Source: a virus
Direction: 5' to 3' (one strand)
Length of the DNA stretch: 64,000 nucleotides
Virus record (IMG/VR): IMGVR_UViG_3300025030_001854
Coordinates: 1 to 64,000 of that record
In this document: positions 34,853 to 46,908 of the stretch, piece after piece
Layout: each line of letters starts with the position of its first letter
Numbering within the stretch: the first letter of the stretch is position 1
Notes under the pieces: generated by a model
The model's input: the letters and a program-made list of their open reading frames with translations, nothing else
Database searches by the model: none
Told to the model about the DNA's origin: nothing
Translations under genes and position numbers: made by a program

Positions 34853-35232
34853 TGTTTAATACTTCCTCATAAAACTAACAACGTCATTATTAATATTTTT
34901 TATAAAGAAATATTTATGTTCTATCAAATATTTTTCAATTTCTGTCTTTGTAAGAAATCCCTGTGGCATACAACTATAGCTATGAAGCCCACAACGTCCA
35001 AGAAGCAAATAACAACCTTCATTCTTATCAGACCATTTTCCATGAACAATTAACATGGGTCCAGAGTCTACGGAGCGAAAAACATCCCCAGCTTCAAGGG
35101 CACCGACTTTTAATTGATAAACGGGTTTAATTAAACCTTGTTTTAGAGCTTTATCTAAATCGACCTCATAATCTTTGCCGTTAATCGTTAATTTAATATT
35201 AGGTTCCATATATTTGGTGTGATGTTCAAATC

Positions 35233-35757
35233 TTAACGCAAGTTTGCCCCGCTGTCAAGCACCCCTTTTGTTCCGAAATCTGGATGTTGACAAATTAAAA
35301 CTTTAATATTTAACGATTGTCCAAAAACAGATTCGAGAATAGCCATAACAATATGCCAATCTCCACCACCCCTATTACATCCAATACCATAAGGGATAGC
35401 TAAAATTTTAACTTCTCCGCTATCTTTCTTTAAAATATTATTCCTAAGAGAAGTTAGTCCTTCAACCAAAGCGTTGTAATCAGTTTGTCTTTTCCCGCCC
35501 CCTAATTCAAATTGCCCATATAAATTAATAATATTAGACACCCCAGGAAATGAAAAATTATAAACTGCTGCATGGGAAAAGGTTCCAAGTTTAGATGGGT
35601 CGCCGTAAGAAGTTTTTTTATCAGCTTCGTAAGCTTCTGGAAACAGCTCTCGTATATCTTTAGCTATTCCCGCGCCCATAACATGAAAACAATTAGCTTG
35701 ATGAATATGGGCATCTGCTTCTTGCTGAAAGAAGTCTATTACTTTTAATTCAATCAT
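35233..35757 (-). CDS. Macro domain (Appr-1-p processing) protein
   Basis: HQANCFHVMGAGIA, NLYGQ, IPYGIGCNRGGGDW. Confidence 0.85.
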   Translation of the reverse strand: MIELKVIDFFQQEADAHIHQANCFHVMGAGIAKDIRELFPEAYEADKKTSYGDPSKLGTFSHAAVYNFSFPGVSNIINLYGQFELGGGKRQTDYNALVEGLTSLRNNILKKDSGEVKILAIPYGIGCNRGGGDWHIVMAILESVFGQSLNIKVLICQHPDFGTKGVLDSGANLR

Positions 35758-36503
35758 ATAATAATTTTAAATTTGTCTAAAATAAGTTGCCTTAAACCAT
35801 TAGAAAAAAACCTAATAAGAGTTTTAGTATCTACGCTAGGTGCAGAATTTAACTCTAGAAAATAGTAGTCTTTTCCTACTTTCAAAATATCTGCGGCTCC
35901 AGCATCTAACCCGATAGTTTTAGCCGCGTCAAGTGTTTGTTGGGAAATTTTTGAGTCAAATTTAAATCTATAACTGTATCCCCAATTACTTCTACAAGGA
36001 AAAGATTTATGGTCTTCTGGTGTTAATGGAACTCGTTGAGCCACAAATGTTTGCTCTCCGCAAAACCAAACTCGATATTCTTCATCTGTTTCCAAGAACT
36101 GAGTCGCATAGTATCCACCTAAAACTTCAAATGGACCATTAATAATACTAAATTCATTTCCCGCTGTATGTGTATATGGGCGAATTACAGCTTTTATTCC
36201 CTTTGGGACCATTTTATAATAAATGGTAGGAGTTTTTACTATATGAGATAATCTTTTAAGAGCCTCTAATTTATCGCAATTTAAAGAAATATTTGATGCT
36301 GGATTAATTACCATGTCGAATTCTCCCCCGCGAGTTAAATAAGAATTTCCCCATCGAACCACAACAACATCCCTTTGGACATTTTTTGCAGACCTAGTAA
36401 CAGGAAAGCCAATTTGTTTAGCGGACTCGAATTCGCTTTTAATTGTAAGGATATTAATCTTCATACCAGTGAGGTCGATTGATAATAGGAGTACTCGTTC
36501 CAA
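35754..36503 (-). CDS. ATP-grasp peptide ligase (RimK-like)
   Basis: VVRWG, DKL, EYRVW, GLDAGAADI, LELNSAP. Confidence 0.75.
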   Translation of the reverse strand: MERVLLLSIDLTGMKINILTIKSEFESAKQIGFPVTRSAKNVQRDVVVVRWGNSYLTRGGEFDMVINPASNISLNCDKLEALKRLSHIVKTPTIYYKMVPKGIKAVIRPYTHTAGNEFSIINGPFEVLGGYYATQFLETDEEYRVWFCGEQTFVAQRVPLTPEDHKSFPCRSNWGYSYRFKFDSKISQQTLDAAKTIGLDAGAADILKVGKDYYFLELNSAPSVDTKTLIRFFSNGLRQLILDKFKIII

Positions 36504-37305
36504 TAGGACTTGAAGAATATTGAGACATCACAGAATTCTGTCCAGCCGTATTAGGGATATAAGGTTTATATGGAGTATATGGCAATGCAGAATAAACTTT
36601 ATTTTGTTTACCACCCAATCTATACCATTTCCCACCTTCTGCAAACGGACTTGGCTTGATTTTTTGCTTAACAAACTTGCCATGTCTATTATAGCGATAC
36701 CAACCCTCTTCTACCTCGGAACTCTTTTTATATTCTCCAAAAGGGAATACTGATGCGAAAGCAAAACTTTTATCGCTACGAGGCCAAATTTCCAAATCGC
36801 CACTTGTTTTAACAATATCTAGGGTGCCATTTTTATGTAGAGCCATAAAAACTCCAGCATGGTCTAATACTTGAGAAAACTTCTTTGGCCCGATAGTCTT
36901 TAAAAGATGACCGGCAACTTCACTATCTGTTTCCCCCTCCATTTTTCCGACAAACTTTTGTAAAAGAACCTTAGACACACCATAATCAGACCATATACCA
37001 TTATGGACAACAGCCATATCTCCGATAATAAACGGATGAGTATTTCTATCAGCATTACAGCCATGGGAAGCCGCCCGAAGATGAGCAAGCGTCCATCCAT
37101 TGTAAGGCATGTGAGACAGAAAAGGATATTGTTCCTTTTCAAGTAGCTGGGTTAGCGAAAATGGGAATTTTTCAACTTTAAATTCTCCATCTGGTTGAAT
37201 AAAAACAGAGCCAACTCCGTCTTTATTCATATTTTCGAAATCTAACAGTATTTTAATTGCCCGTTCACGGGAGAACAGCGGCGGAAAAGCGGCGAGGCGA
37301 CACAT
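36454..37305 (-). CDS. Class II glutamine amidotransferase
   Basis: N-terminal MC, DGVG, HLRAASHG, NTHPF, HNG, GETDSE. Confidence 0.85.
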   Translation of the reverse strand: MCRLAAFPPLFSRERAIKILLDFENMNKDGVGSVFIQPDGEFKVEKFPFSLTQLLEKEQYPFLSHMPYNGWTLAHLRAASHGCNADRNTHPFIIGDMAVVHNGIWSDYGVSKVLLQKFVGKMEGETDSEVAGHLLKTIGPKKFSQVLDHAGVFMALHKNGTLDIVKTSGDLEIWPRSDKSFAFASVFPFGEYKKSSEVEEGWYRYNRHGKFVKQKIKPSPFAEGGKWYRLGGKQNKVYSALPYTPYKPYIPNTAGQNSVMSQYSSSPIGTSTPIINRPHWYED

Positions 37306-37714
37306 AATTTATTTTTTAGTAGGTAATGGTAACGTAAAATTTTGAAAATCGACTTCTGTAGTTTTTTTGTCCAAAAATAGAATAATAGTTTCTAAAATAG
37401 CTGTCGCTAATGGAATATTTTGTCTTAGTTCGTATCCAAGACCAATATAATATTTTCCATAATAGCGGTCGTTTTTGTATATGTCAATAGAAATTCCGTA
37501 TTTTTTAAAAAAATCAACGATAATTTTAAGATATTCTGGATGGTCAAAATTATGATATGCAGCGAAACAAATCTTAACATCCCAATTAATTTCTTCCTTT
37601 TCTGGTTTTTTAATTCCAAATACTCGGTAATCAAATTGAATTGAATTATTTGATAAACGGCAGTTGTCTCGTATTTGTTGTAGATTAATATCTTTTTTAA
37701 AAGTTATCATAAAA

Positions 37715-38677
37715 TTATGTCGGTGTTGAAATAAGAGAATCTGAATACCTTTTCCAAACATCTTCCAAAGAAGGAATTTTTACTTCGTCTTTATATAGAC
37801 CCCAAGACTTTTTCATGTCATCGGTATTCCAAGATAATTTTTTGGAAATCAGCAAAGGAAATAATTCAAGATACTTTTGATATAATGGATATAATTCCAT
37901 CTTTTGGATTTTAGGCCAAAGTTCAAAGAATAGTTTTGTCAATTGTGTTCTATTTACGGTATTTAAATAAACCAAAAACATACTATCTGGAGAATACTTC
38001 TGAAAAAAAGGCGATTGGCTAGCTTTAACAATTTTAAATAATTCATAACCAACAACCTTAGATAAACATAATGCTGCTGCCGCTGCATACGGAGAAGATA
38101 ACCAACTACTTGGACTTCTAAATTCTAATCCATGTAATTGAATCCTATAATCTAAACCCTGCCCATAATGGCGGCGACGAAAACGAGCATCTTTTGATTT
38201 TTCAACCAAGGTGCAAGGAATTCCCACAAAAAACGCCAAATTAAACATAAAAAAGTCTATATTTAGAGGAAAATTACCCTGCCACGCTTGATAATCATCT
38301 CCTTCTTTTTCAAAACCAAAATGAATATGTCCACCTAAAGTCTCTCGATTAATTCTTGACCCGGCTTTCCAAATATAATCTTGTAAAATCGGTCGAGTAT
38401 TAGCGAAAGAAAGAAGAATTTCTCTAATTCTATTTACTACTACTAGAGGATTTTCATCTGGTTCTGGACGTAATTCAAGAATCCTCCCACATCCATCTGT
38501 TCCCATCAACCCAACATTATGAGAATCATCTTCGCTAAAAAATCTGGCCAATGCTGTAGAATGAGTCGTTGTGTGGGGCAAACAAAGAGCAAACTCTGGG
38601 TCAGCACCTAACTTAAAATTTTTAAAATCTCTCTCACTCATAAAATTATGTATTAGATGGGATAATAAAATCATCAA
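37715..38677 (-). CDS. phiEco32-like COOH-NH2 ligase
   Basis: LGADPEF, GTDG, ELRPEP, GGHIHFG, RR.HYG, EFRS. Confidence 0.8.
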   Translation of the reverse strand: MMILLSHLIHNFMSERDFKNFKLGADPEFALCLPHTTTHSTALARFFSEDDSHNVGLMGTDGCGRILELRPEPDENPLVVVNRIREILLSFANTRPILQDYIWKAGSRINRETLGGHIHFGFEKEGDDYQAWQGNFPLNIDFFMFNLAFFVGIPCTLVEKSKDARFRRRHYGQGLDYRIQLHGLEFRSPSSWLSSPYAAAAALCLSKVVGYELFKIVKASQSPFFQKYSPDSMFLVYLNTVNRTQLTKLFFELWPKIQKMELYPLYQKYLELFPLLISKKLSWNTDDMKKSWGLYKDEVKIPSLEDVWKRYSDSLISTPT

Positions 38678-39353
38678 GGGTGAGAACTGGAATAGAACTA
38701 ATTGGTTCTCCAGAGCTTATCTGTAATACTCTATTAGTTAGAGTACAATATACATCTTTTTGTGAGGCTTGAACATTTAAAGCTCGAATAATCCCGGCTG
38801 GGACTTGAATAAAAAAGGTTTTATTTTTGCGAATTAATTTTGTTTTTCGCGGAACGTCTAATGCTGTAGTTTTTGGCATACAACAAGCATAGAGGACTTT
38901 TGTTTTTGAGTCAAGAGTCAAAAATCAAAAAGGAACGTCCTGTTCGTCATATTGAATACCCTCTAATTCTAGTCTGTCTATTTTATCTAATAAATTTTGT
39001 TGACGTTCTTCAAGCCAATTATCAATCAATGCTCCCCTTTTAGTTTGAATATCAAGAAACTTACCAATAAATAAATGATTATACGATTCAGCAATATAGT
39101 TTCTAAGTTCTCCAAAACTCAAATCTTCATCAAGACTTTGAGCTTCTAATGGTGTAGAGTTTACTATTTCTATTTTAAGATTTTGACAATCATCACAAAT
39201 TTTAAAACTACAACCCTTATGGTCCCAAACACCATGATGGTAATGGTAAAGTTCTCCTACTTTAATAACCCCATGACACTCATAACATTTATGTGTTTTC
39301 CTAGCTTTACGCAATTTACAAAGATAAACCTGTGGATATTCTGCGTCCATATT

Positions 39354-39899
39354 TTATTTTTCTCCGTGATGGTCTATTGGCTTAAATGTTTTTTTGGACA
39401 TTATTTTCTTTACTTGTTCAAAAGAAATGGGGGTAAAATTATGGCAATCAACTCCTACGTCGATAGCTAAAGCATTTGGGTCGTCTGGAAGAGAATTGTG
39501 ACTATGACCATAAAGATTATAAGCCCCGTGATGACTCTTATTCCAAACCCTCATAGAATAATGACACAAAGTAATATCTTGCCCCTCTACTTTTATCTCA
39601 TGATATGTATCATAAGCGGCATAAAATTTTCGTCTATTTGCCCAAGCAAGACGGTCATGGTTACCTTTTATAAAAACAATTAAACCTCTTAAGCGACGAA
39701 AGACGATATCAAAATGATAATCCTCTCGCCCAAAACAGAAATCGCCCAAATGATAAACTAAATCTCCATCTTTCACGACGTTATTCCAATTATTAATAAT
39801 GGTTTCGTTCATTTCTACTGTATTAGAAAATGGACGATTGCAATAACGGCAAATATTAAAATGGTGAAAATGGGTATCGGCAGTAAAAAAAGTACTCAT
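39354..39899 (-). CDS. Calcineurin-like metallophosphoesterase
   Basis: ADTHF, HLGDF, KGNHD, LCHY, GHSH, DVGVD. Confidence 0.85.
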   Translation of the reverse strand: MSTFFTADTHFHHFNICRYCNRPFSNTVEMNETIINNWNNVVKDGDLVYHLGDFCFGREDYHFDIVFRRLRGLIVFIKGNHDRLAWANRRKFYAAYDTYHEIKVEGQDITLCHYSMRVWNKSHHGAYNLYGHSHNSLPDDPNALAIDVGVDCHNFTPISFEQVKKIMSKKTFKPIDHHGEK

Positions 39900-40370
39900 A
39901 CAATCCCAGACCAATAATGAACTCCAGTATAAGAAACCTTGGGTAAATAAATTCCAGATGGAGAACTAGAAGTAGGGCTAGAAGTAGGAATACTATTTTC
40001 TTTAAATTTCCGCACATAAGATGGCTCTGCCTTTGGCACAACCTTGGCGGCGAAAGCTCCAACTAAACCGGCACCTAAACGGGTTAAAAAAGCACGTCTT
40101 TGCATAATTTTATATTTTTTCGTATCGAGGAACAATTACAATGGGGACACCAGGGAAGTTAGTCTTAACAAACGCCTCTCCTGAATTTTTTGCGACATCT
40201 AATTTTAGCATCGCATTTTGAGAGGTAACGTTTGGCATAGCAGAAGGTAAATCTGTGCTTAAACACACGACATCCCAACCCTCAGATAAGACAATTGTTG
40301 CTTTGGTGATATTCATACGAAGACTATATTGAACTTTTGGAAGACAGTCAAGAAGAAAAAAATATTAAAA

Positions 40371-40462
40371 TGGCGGAAAACATCAGTCCTGCCCTGAACC
40401 CCTCTTGTTAGACGGGCCATCCCGTTTCCAGCGGGAGAAGCCACTTTGGCTTTTTATTTTCC
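40371..40462 (-). tRNA. tRNA-Ser(GGA)
   Basis: TCCCG CTGGAAA CGGGA, long variable arm, GCCA end. Confidence 0.75.
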
Positions 40463-40606
40463 ACATCTTCTCTTAAACGATTCTCTATATCATTATATGA
40501 AAAAACATCGCAATATCTAAGACCATGATAATCTCGATTTGCATTTTTTCCCAATTTAAAAACCACTGTTGGTCATACCAATTCATGTATTACTATTACA
40601 CTTTTT

Positions 40607-40691
40607 CGGCTGTTGAAGGGATTGCACCCTCGCGCCCAAAGGGACGGCTTCAGTTTTCGAGACTGACCTATTACTACTCTAGCAAACAGCC
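40607..40691 (-). tRNA. tRNA-Ser(CGA)
   Basis: TCAGT CTCGAAA ACTGA, long variable arm, no encoded CCA. Confidence 0.8.
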
Positions 40692-42176
40692 CTAACTGCT
40701 TTTCTTGGATTCGTGACAAGAACAGTCGCAACTCTTCTTAGAACACCAATTAAATTTCTTTTTTAGCCAAACTAAAAGTCCAGCACAAAAAATTGGAATT
40801 CCTATACAAAAAATTCCACCATCAATACAAGATATCATTATTTTTCCCCTTTAGAACATTTACCACATAAAAATTGTGAGCCATTCCACCATAATAACAA
40901 CAAAGGATAAATATCGTGACAACATTCGCATTCTTGCAAAAGGTCATAATTCCCTATATTGTCGTATCCATCCCACATATTATAGTTTATTAAATTAATT
41001 CCCTAAGATAACGTTTAATTTCAATACGAGCGGGTTTATTAGCTTTGGCATATTGCTTTTTAGAAGCTCTAATAGCAGTATGAAGCTTGTCTTCTGGAAG
41101 TTCTGAAGATTCTCGTAATGCTTTTCTAATGAGTTTTGCTGTTTTTGCGTTCATAAAAGTTTAACTATTTTTTATATATTTTTCTAATTCTTTATCGGGT
41201 AAATTTTTTCTCATTTCGACACATTGAGGATTTGAAGAAGAACATCTACCGCCAAATTTTAAGCATTCATAAAAATAAGAGCCTTTTAAATTCATTAATT
41301 CTTGTCTAGTAGATTTTGGGGCCAATTCTGGATATTTTTTAAACGATACAAATTTACCAAGCTCTAAATTTCCAACTTTTTTACATTCTACAAATTGAAT
41401 ACTATAACGTCTCATATTAAATTCCAGTAAAAGTGTCTTTTTTCTTTTTTTTAAACCACTCTTCTACTTCTAACCACAAAGCCACTACAATTAGTAGAAC
41501 TAATATAAAAAAATCTTTTATGGTTCTCATTGGAGCCCTAAGATGGTATCGCGCCATCGTCTCTTGAATACCAATCAAGAATAATGCTTTTATACTATTA
41601 GGGCATAAACAAAATATTTGAGCCCCGTCCCAGAATTGCACTGAGATTTCTTCCTTACGAGGGAAGCACATCTCTATTTATGTTTACGGGGCTTAGACCC
41701 ATTATAAAATGGGCGGGTTCTGGCCAAATTTAAGCGGTTACTAATTGAGAATTCTTATATTCTTCTCCGCACTTATCACAAACAACAACTGGTTGAAATC
41801 CAATTTCTTCTCGGCCCGTGCCACTCAATAGGGCCGAAACCTTACGAATTGTCAATACTTGTTTAAAGTATCCATGTCCACACTTACACATAACTTGTGT
41901 CGTTTGAGACATAGGAATACTGCGAGGACTTAGGTCTGATGCGTTCATATTTTTAATTTAAAAAGAAAATTCCGACTAAACAAAATAAAACACCAATACC
42001 TAAATAAGCAAATAGCTTACATAGCATTTTAAAGTTTTTGGCATTTGCTTGTTCTTCAACGTATAAATTATCCCAAGAGGTTTCTTCCTGTTTAAGGACA
42101 GGAGATTTAAGGTCAATTTCTTGATTTTCCATATAGGTTATATTAAATTAGAGTTGCTGGTTTGTCAAACAAAAAT

Positions 42177-42253
42177 TGGTGTTCGCGGTTGGATTTGCAC
42201 CAACCTAATCTATCTACGATTACTTTTTTAGGAAAAAAGGTCGATACGCGAAC
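42177..42253 (-). tRNA. Atypical D-armless tRNA-Arg(CCT)
   Basis: GTTCGCG/CGCGAAC-ACCA, loop TT CCT AA, T arm GTTGG TGCAAAT CCAAC. Confidence 0.6.
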
Positions 42254-42865
42254 AAAAAATTATAAATTAACATCCATAATTGCTATCTTCTGGAGGAATA
42301 ATTAATGGTTCCAGTTTAAGGGTTTTCTTAAGAAGGTTCTTCTTAATAAGGACGCTTAAAGCTTTTGCTCTTAGATTAAATTCTCTTTGAGATTCTTTTC
42401 TTTTCTGACCTGCAAATTTTTTTGTTTTTCTTTCTTTTTTATTAAATTGACCTTGATGACCAATTCTCCATTTATCTCCAAGAGATTCTAATGGTTCACG
42501 ACAAATAGGACATAACCCATAACCCTTACGGCTATATTTATGCTTTTCGCAAACGTAATTTAAGTTTCTATTTCCAAACATACAATTTCATTTAATTAAT
42601 TTATATTTACTCTTAAGAAAATCAATACGAGTGGAATATTTAGAACTCTCAATAATTGGATTTCCTTCTATCTTCAGAAAGATATAACGGACTTCTGTTC
42701 TATCTTTATTTATAGCAACAATTTTAATGAAGGTATCTCCCCAATCTTTGTCTACTAATTCGTCACCAACAGAAATATTGGGACAACAGGATTTAGAAAT
42801 AATACTCTTTCCGTTAACAACAAAATTCCAAAATCTAGTAAAAATATTATTCATAATATATAAAT

Positions 42866-42943
42866 TGGTAGGATAGGAGGGATTCGAACCCTCATTAGTC
42901 CATTATGCACACATTGTTTAGAAGACAAGGCCATTACTATCCC
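42866..42943 (-). tRNA. Atypical D-armless tRNA-Arg(TCT)
   Basis: GGGATAG/CTATCCT-ACCA, TTGT CTTCTAA ACAA, GGTTCGAATCC T arm. Confidence 0.7.
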
Positions 42944-43543
42944 ATTAAATTATTTAATTACTTTAAACTTTTATCGTCCTTTTCTGGGAGGATAAAAAAA
43001 TATAGAGCTTTTACAAACCTCACAGGTTTCTCTTGCGAAATCTCCATCTCTCTGGCATGACTCTATTTTCAGTTCCCGTTGAAAAGCTTCAAAACGAGAG
43101 AAACAATTAGGACAAGTACTAATCCAAATTTCTTCTGAAGGAGGATTGCCTCTAAAAACACATTTCATATTAAATTTTTTTCTCTATTTTCACCACCAAA
43201 AATTCTATATCTTTAGCAAAATGAAGAGTCTCCTGTTTATTTCTTCTCGCATCACGAATAGCTAATTTTTTATTTTTCCAGTTACTTGATTGAATATGCC
43301 AAGTAATAGGAAAATCTTCTCTGTTTCTCCAAAAAATTGTATAATTGATGGTAGATTTCATTTTAAATAATTCAGTTTTTTTTAATTTGATTTCGAGTTT
43401 TTAACACCCAGGCTGTCTCGACGATAGTATAACCATCTTGGTCACATACGCTATCCCATTCTCCAATAGATATAAGATAATCTTTCGCCTGTTGATAAGT
43501 TAGACCTTTTTCTTTTTCGAAGTCACTAATTTTCATTCAGAAA

Positions 43544-43619
43544 TGGAGTCCGCTATAGGAATCGCACCTATCAACCCTCGTTTTGCAGACGCGGTGTTTC
43601 ACTAGCCACACCAGCGGAC
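43544..43619 (-). tRNA. tRNA-Cys(GCA)
   Basis: Loop CTGCAAA, U73-CCA. Confidence 0.8.
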
Positions 43620-44080
43620 ATTTTTATTCTTCATTAAAAGTCTTATCTTGGCATTCCTGGCAAAGGCCCGAAATCCTCGCCTCCTTACGGCTTAGAGTAT
43701 CTCGAAAAGGCCCATAAGGCTTTCGGCAGATTGGACAGACTTCTTTCCCGATGCTTTCCTGCCTATTTACACCAAAAATTTGGGTCAAAAGTTTATCAAT
43801 TGCTGGATTTTTCTCTGTCGGTTTCATAATATTCTTTAAATTAATTAGTTATTTTATCCGCCAAAGTTCTAAGAGCACCAGAAAGAGCAATTAAATCTTG
43901 CTTACGAACAGTATTAAGACAGAACGTAGATGCTACTGTTGAATCAGTTCGTTGCGTGACATCAAAAACCAAACTATGATAACAAAAATTTTTCATCTTG
44001 TTCTTCTTAAGAGTAAGAAAGACTACTGAATTATAGCTATTAATTACTACAGATACAGATTGTCGTTTCATAATCTTACT

Positions 44081-44386
44081 TTACTCCTGTTTTGGCTGCT
44101 CGTCAAGCCATTTTGCAATCACATCACAATGACACGACACTTCTTTATCGGCACGTTTACAATAACAGCCTAATTTTTCATCTTTTAAAGTTAAAACTAA
44201 ATCATAAAACCTTTTATCTTTAAGACAAAAATTAAACCATTTAGCAAATTTATTAATAACTTCTTCTCTTGTCCCATCTCTACCGATTTCAAAAGGATTA
44301 CCAAATATAGAACCCCTTCCACAGTACTCATAAGGAGTTTCTGAATAAGCTCTTATATTAATTACTTTTGTCATATATATTTGCAA
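44081..44386 (-). CDS. DUF4326 family protein
   Basis: YCGRGSIFGNPF, LGCYC, CHCDVI. Confidence 0.8.
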   Translation of the reverse strand: MQIYMTKVINIRAYSETPYEYCGRGSIFGNPFEIGRDGTREEVINKFAKWFNFCLKDKRFYDLVLTLKDEKLGCYCKRADKEVSCHCDVIAKWLDEQPKQE

Positions 44387-44464
44387 ACGGGGAGATTTGC
44401 ACTCCCACGCTTTTTAAAGCCTAAGATTCTCGGTCTTAGATGTCTGCTCTTTCATCACGTTTGC
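44382..44464 (-). tRNA. tRNA-Leu(GAG)
   Basis: TAAGA CCGAGAA TCTTA with long variable arm. Confidence 0.75.
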
Positions 44465-44923
44465 TCTATTTCTTACTCCATAATTAGAGGTTTGAGCATG
44501 ACAATTACAGCATAAAAGTTGAATATTGAATAATCTATTATCCTTATTATCTCCATTGATATGATGTAATTCCAAAGGAATATATAATGTATTCCATTTA
44601 ACCCGACCACATTTTTCGCATTGATGTTTTTTTAAACCCTCTTGAATCAATCTTTTTTTTAAACAATGACTACTAATTTTTATGCAATCTTTTACAAGAA
44701 AATATTCAATGGGTTTTCTGGTTGGAGCCCTTTTACCTCTCCAGATAGCTTGACCCAAAAAATGAGGTGCTTTTATTAAAAACTCTTCGGCCCTTTCTTT
44801 TATTCTTAAATAATTATGACTGTCTGGATACAATCCCAATTTAATACATACACTTCTCCAAGATTCTGAATTTTGAATCACAATATTTAATGTTTGAAAA
44901 TCAATTTGTTTTATCTTACCCAT
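44414..44923 (-). mobile_element. HNH endonuclease overlapping tRNA-Leu(GAG)
   Basis: CEKC, LELHHING..DNR..N...LCCNCHAQT. Confidence 0.85.
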
Positions 44924-44980
44924 ACTGTCTAATAGTTACACGAAACAGTATGAATTGGGAATTTTCCCTATCTAAAAATT

Positions 44981-45071
44981 TGCGGGGTCTGAGATTTGAA
45001 CCTCAGTCCAGAGTGACAAGCTCTCTTGTATACCCTACTCGCCTTTCGGTTCTTCAGGGCCGCTCCCCCGC
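44981..45071 (-). tRNA. Atypical tRNA-Thr(TGT)-like RNA with enlarged D region
   Basis: GCGGGG/CCCCGC-A, T arm CTGAG GTTCAAAT CTCAG, loop CT TGT CA. Confidence 0.45.
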
Positions 45072-45072
45072 G

Positions 45073-45474
45073 TCAGTAACCTCGGTAACAAACCGTTAAG
45101 TGTAACGGCCATTTTAAATCAGGTTTTAATCCTAATTCAGTTCTTATATGTTGAATAAAAGGACATTCCACTAATAACCAAAAATACTCTCCTAAAAAGA
45201 AATATTCATGGTCAGTCTTAATATCAGAGAAATATTTAAATTCAATTACTTTTCCTTCATATTTACCCCATAAAGGATGTTGATTAATTCCCCTTTCGTG
45301 TTTTCCAGGAAGAATCGTAACGTGGCTTCCGTGGTAAGAGGTAGAAGTTTTCTTGCCGATAAATCTTTCTACCCAAAATCTATAGTAATTAGCAATAGAA
45401 TGAGGACATTCTAAAATTATCCAATCATTCTTATATCTAATAACGCCTTTGGCGAAATAAAATTTTTCTTTCAT
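45073..45474 (-). CDS. 2H phosphoesterase-like protein
   Basis: Two HxT motifs, SHVTI and PLHLTV. Confidence 0.6.
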   Translation of the reverse strand: MKEKFYFAKGVIRYKNDWIILECPHSIANYYRFWVERFIGKKTSTSYHGSHVTILPGKHERGINQHPLWGKYEGKVIEFKYFSDIKTDHEYFFLGEYFWLLVECPFIQHIRTELGLKPDLKWPLHLTVCYRGY

Positions 45475-45723
45475 AATTCAATCCTTTCTGTTTTTTTCAC
45501 CAGATAAGTGAACGGTTCTACACTAAAACGTATTTGTTTTGTCGTCAAGGACTTTCCAAAACTAACGGCCCTATCACTTCACGACAATCATTAGATAATC
45601 TTAATTCTTTTATTCTTTTTAAACACTCTTTTTTAAAAGAAAATCTTTCAAACCGAACATCCCAATGTCCTTCCATTTGATTATACTCAAAATATTCTTC
45701 GTAAATAATAAAATACATAAATT

Positions 45724-45798
45724 TGGTAGTCCCGAACGGTCTTGCGCCGATACTTGCGAATTTTTGAAATTCGTGCCTCTGCTTTGGGCTACGGGACC
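45724..45798 (-). tRNA. tRNA-Leu(CAA), short variable arm
   Basis: CGAAT TTCAAAA ATTCG. Confidence 0.75.
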
Positions 45799-46451
45799 AT
45801 TTAATCTAAATTTTCTGGTTTAACTGGCCAACCAATACTTAAAAAGGATTCTAATTGCTCTCCCGCATTATATTTCCACTTAGGAGGTTCATCACAAATA
45901 GCGGAACAAAAATCCATTAATTGATACGCTGGAAGAGAAACTATTTGATGGATATCACTACCTAAAACTTTAGCCCCAATCTTATAAGCTATTTTTTCGG
46001 CGTCTTCTAAAGATTGAGCGGGCAAATGGAAAGCATATTTCCGATTTTCAATATCATATTCAAGTAAATACAATTTCACCATATTAATTTTTTAATTCAA
46101 ATTCAAGTTTAGTTAAAGTTTTCAAATTTAAATCTTTTTTCTTACATTCTTCACATCCATTTTTAACAAAGATTTCTGTTTTGTCTTTTGATGGACAACG
46201 GCATTGTTCTAACACTTTACCGCAACTACATTTTTTTATATAATGCATAGAGATTATTTTCCAATTGGCATAAACTCAATCACAAAATCTGTATAATCAT
46301 CAGGCAATAGCAAAATATTTCCATTGGATGTTACAATTGATTTACCAGAACGAGGATTTGCCCATGTTCCACCACCCTCACGAACAAAACAGTAAGTGTT
46401 ATCTACTTTAACTACAGAACCAATAGGTAAAGCTAAAATATTTTTCATAAA

Positions 46452-46528
46452 TGGTGAGATTAGAGGGCATTGCACCCTCGTTTACTGCTTGAGAAACAGT
46501 AGTCCTATTCTTCTTAGACGATAATCTC
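46452..46528 (-). tRNA. tRNA-Glu(CTC)
   Basis: ACTGT TTCTCAA GCAGT. Confidence 0.8.
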
Positions 46529-46908
46529 ATTTTAAGAACTACATACTAAACTACTAATTTTAGCTATAACAGCGGCATCAATATAGTCTGTATACTTTGA
46601 TGTTATAGTTGTATAAAAACAATCGCTATTATCTATTTTTAGTATTCCGGTGCTGTCAATTGGCGGTAATGGGCTTCCGACAATAGTATTTTGGGTTAAA
46701 GTATTTAAACGATTTAACTCTACTTTTTCAGCTTCTCCACTACTTACCCATAGACTAAAAAGCGAAAAACACTCAGGACAAACATTCAAAACTTCTTCTT
46801 TGGGTTTTTTAAGTTGAATAGCTTCGTTTTCGTTTTCTATTCTTGATTGGCAAAAAAAGCATTCCATAGTTAAAGATTAACCTGGAGTTGTTTGATTGTC
46901 AAGAAAAT

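Noticed and set aside
45035-45062. Hammerhead ribozyme core (CTGAAGA..CC GAAA GG CGA)
   Set aside because: The conserved GAAA is GAGT here and no stems I/III with an NUH site are evident
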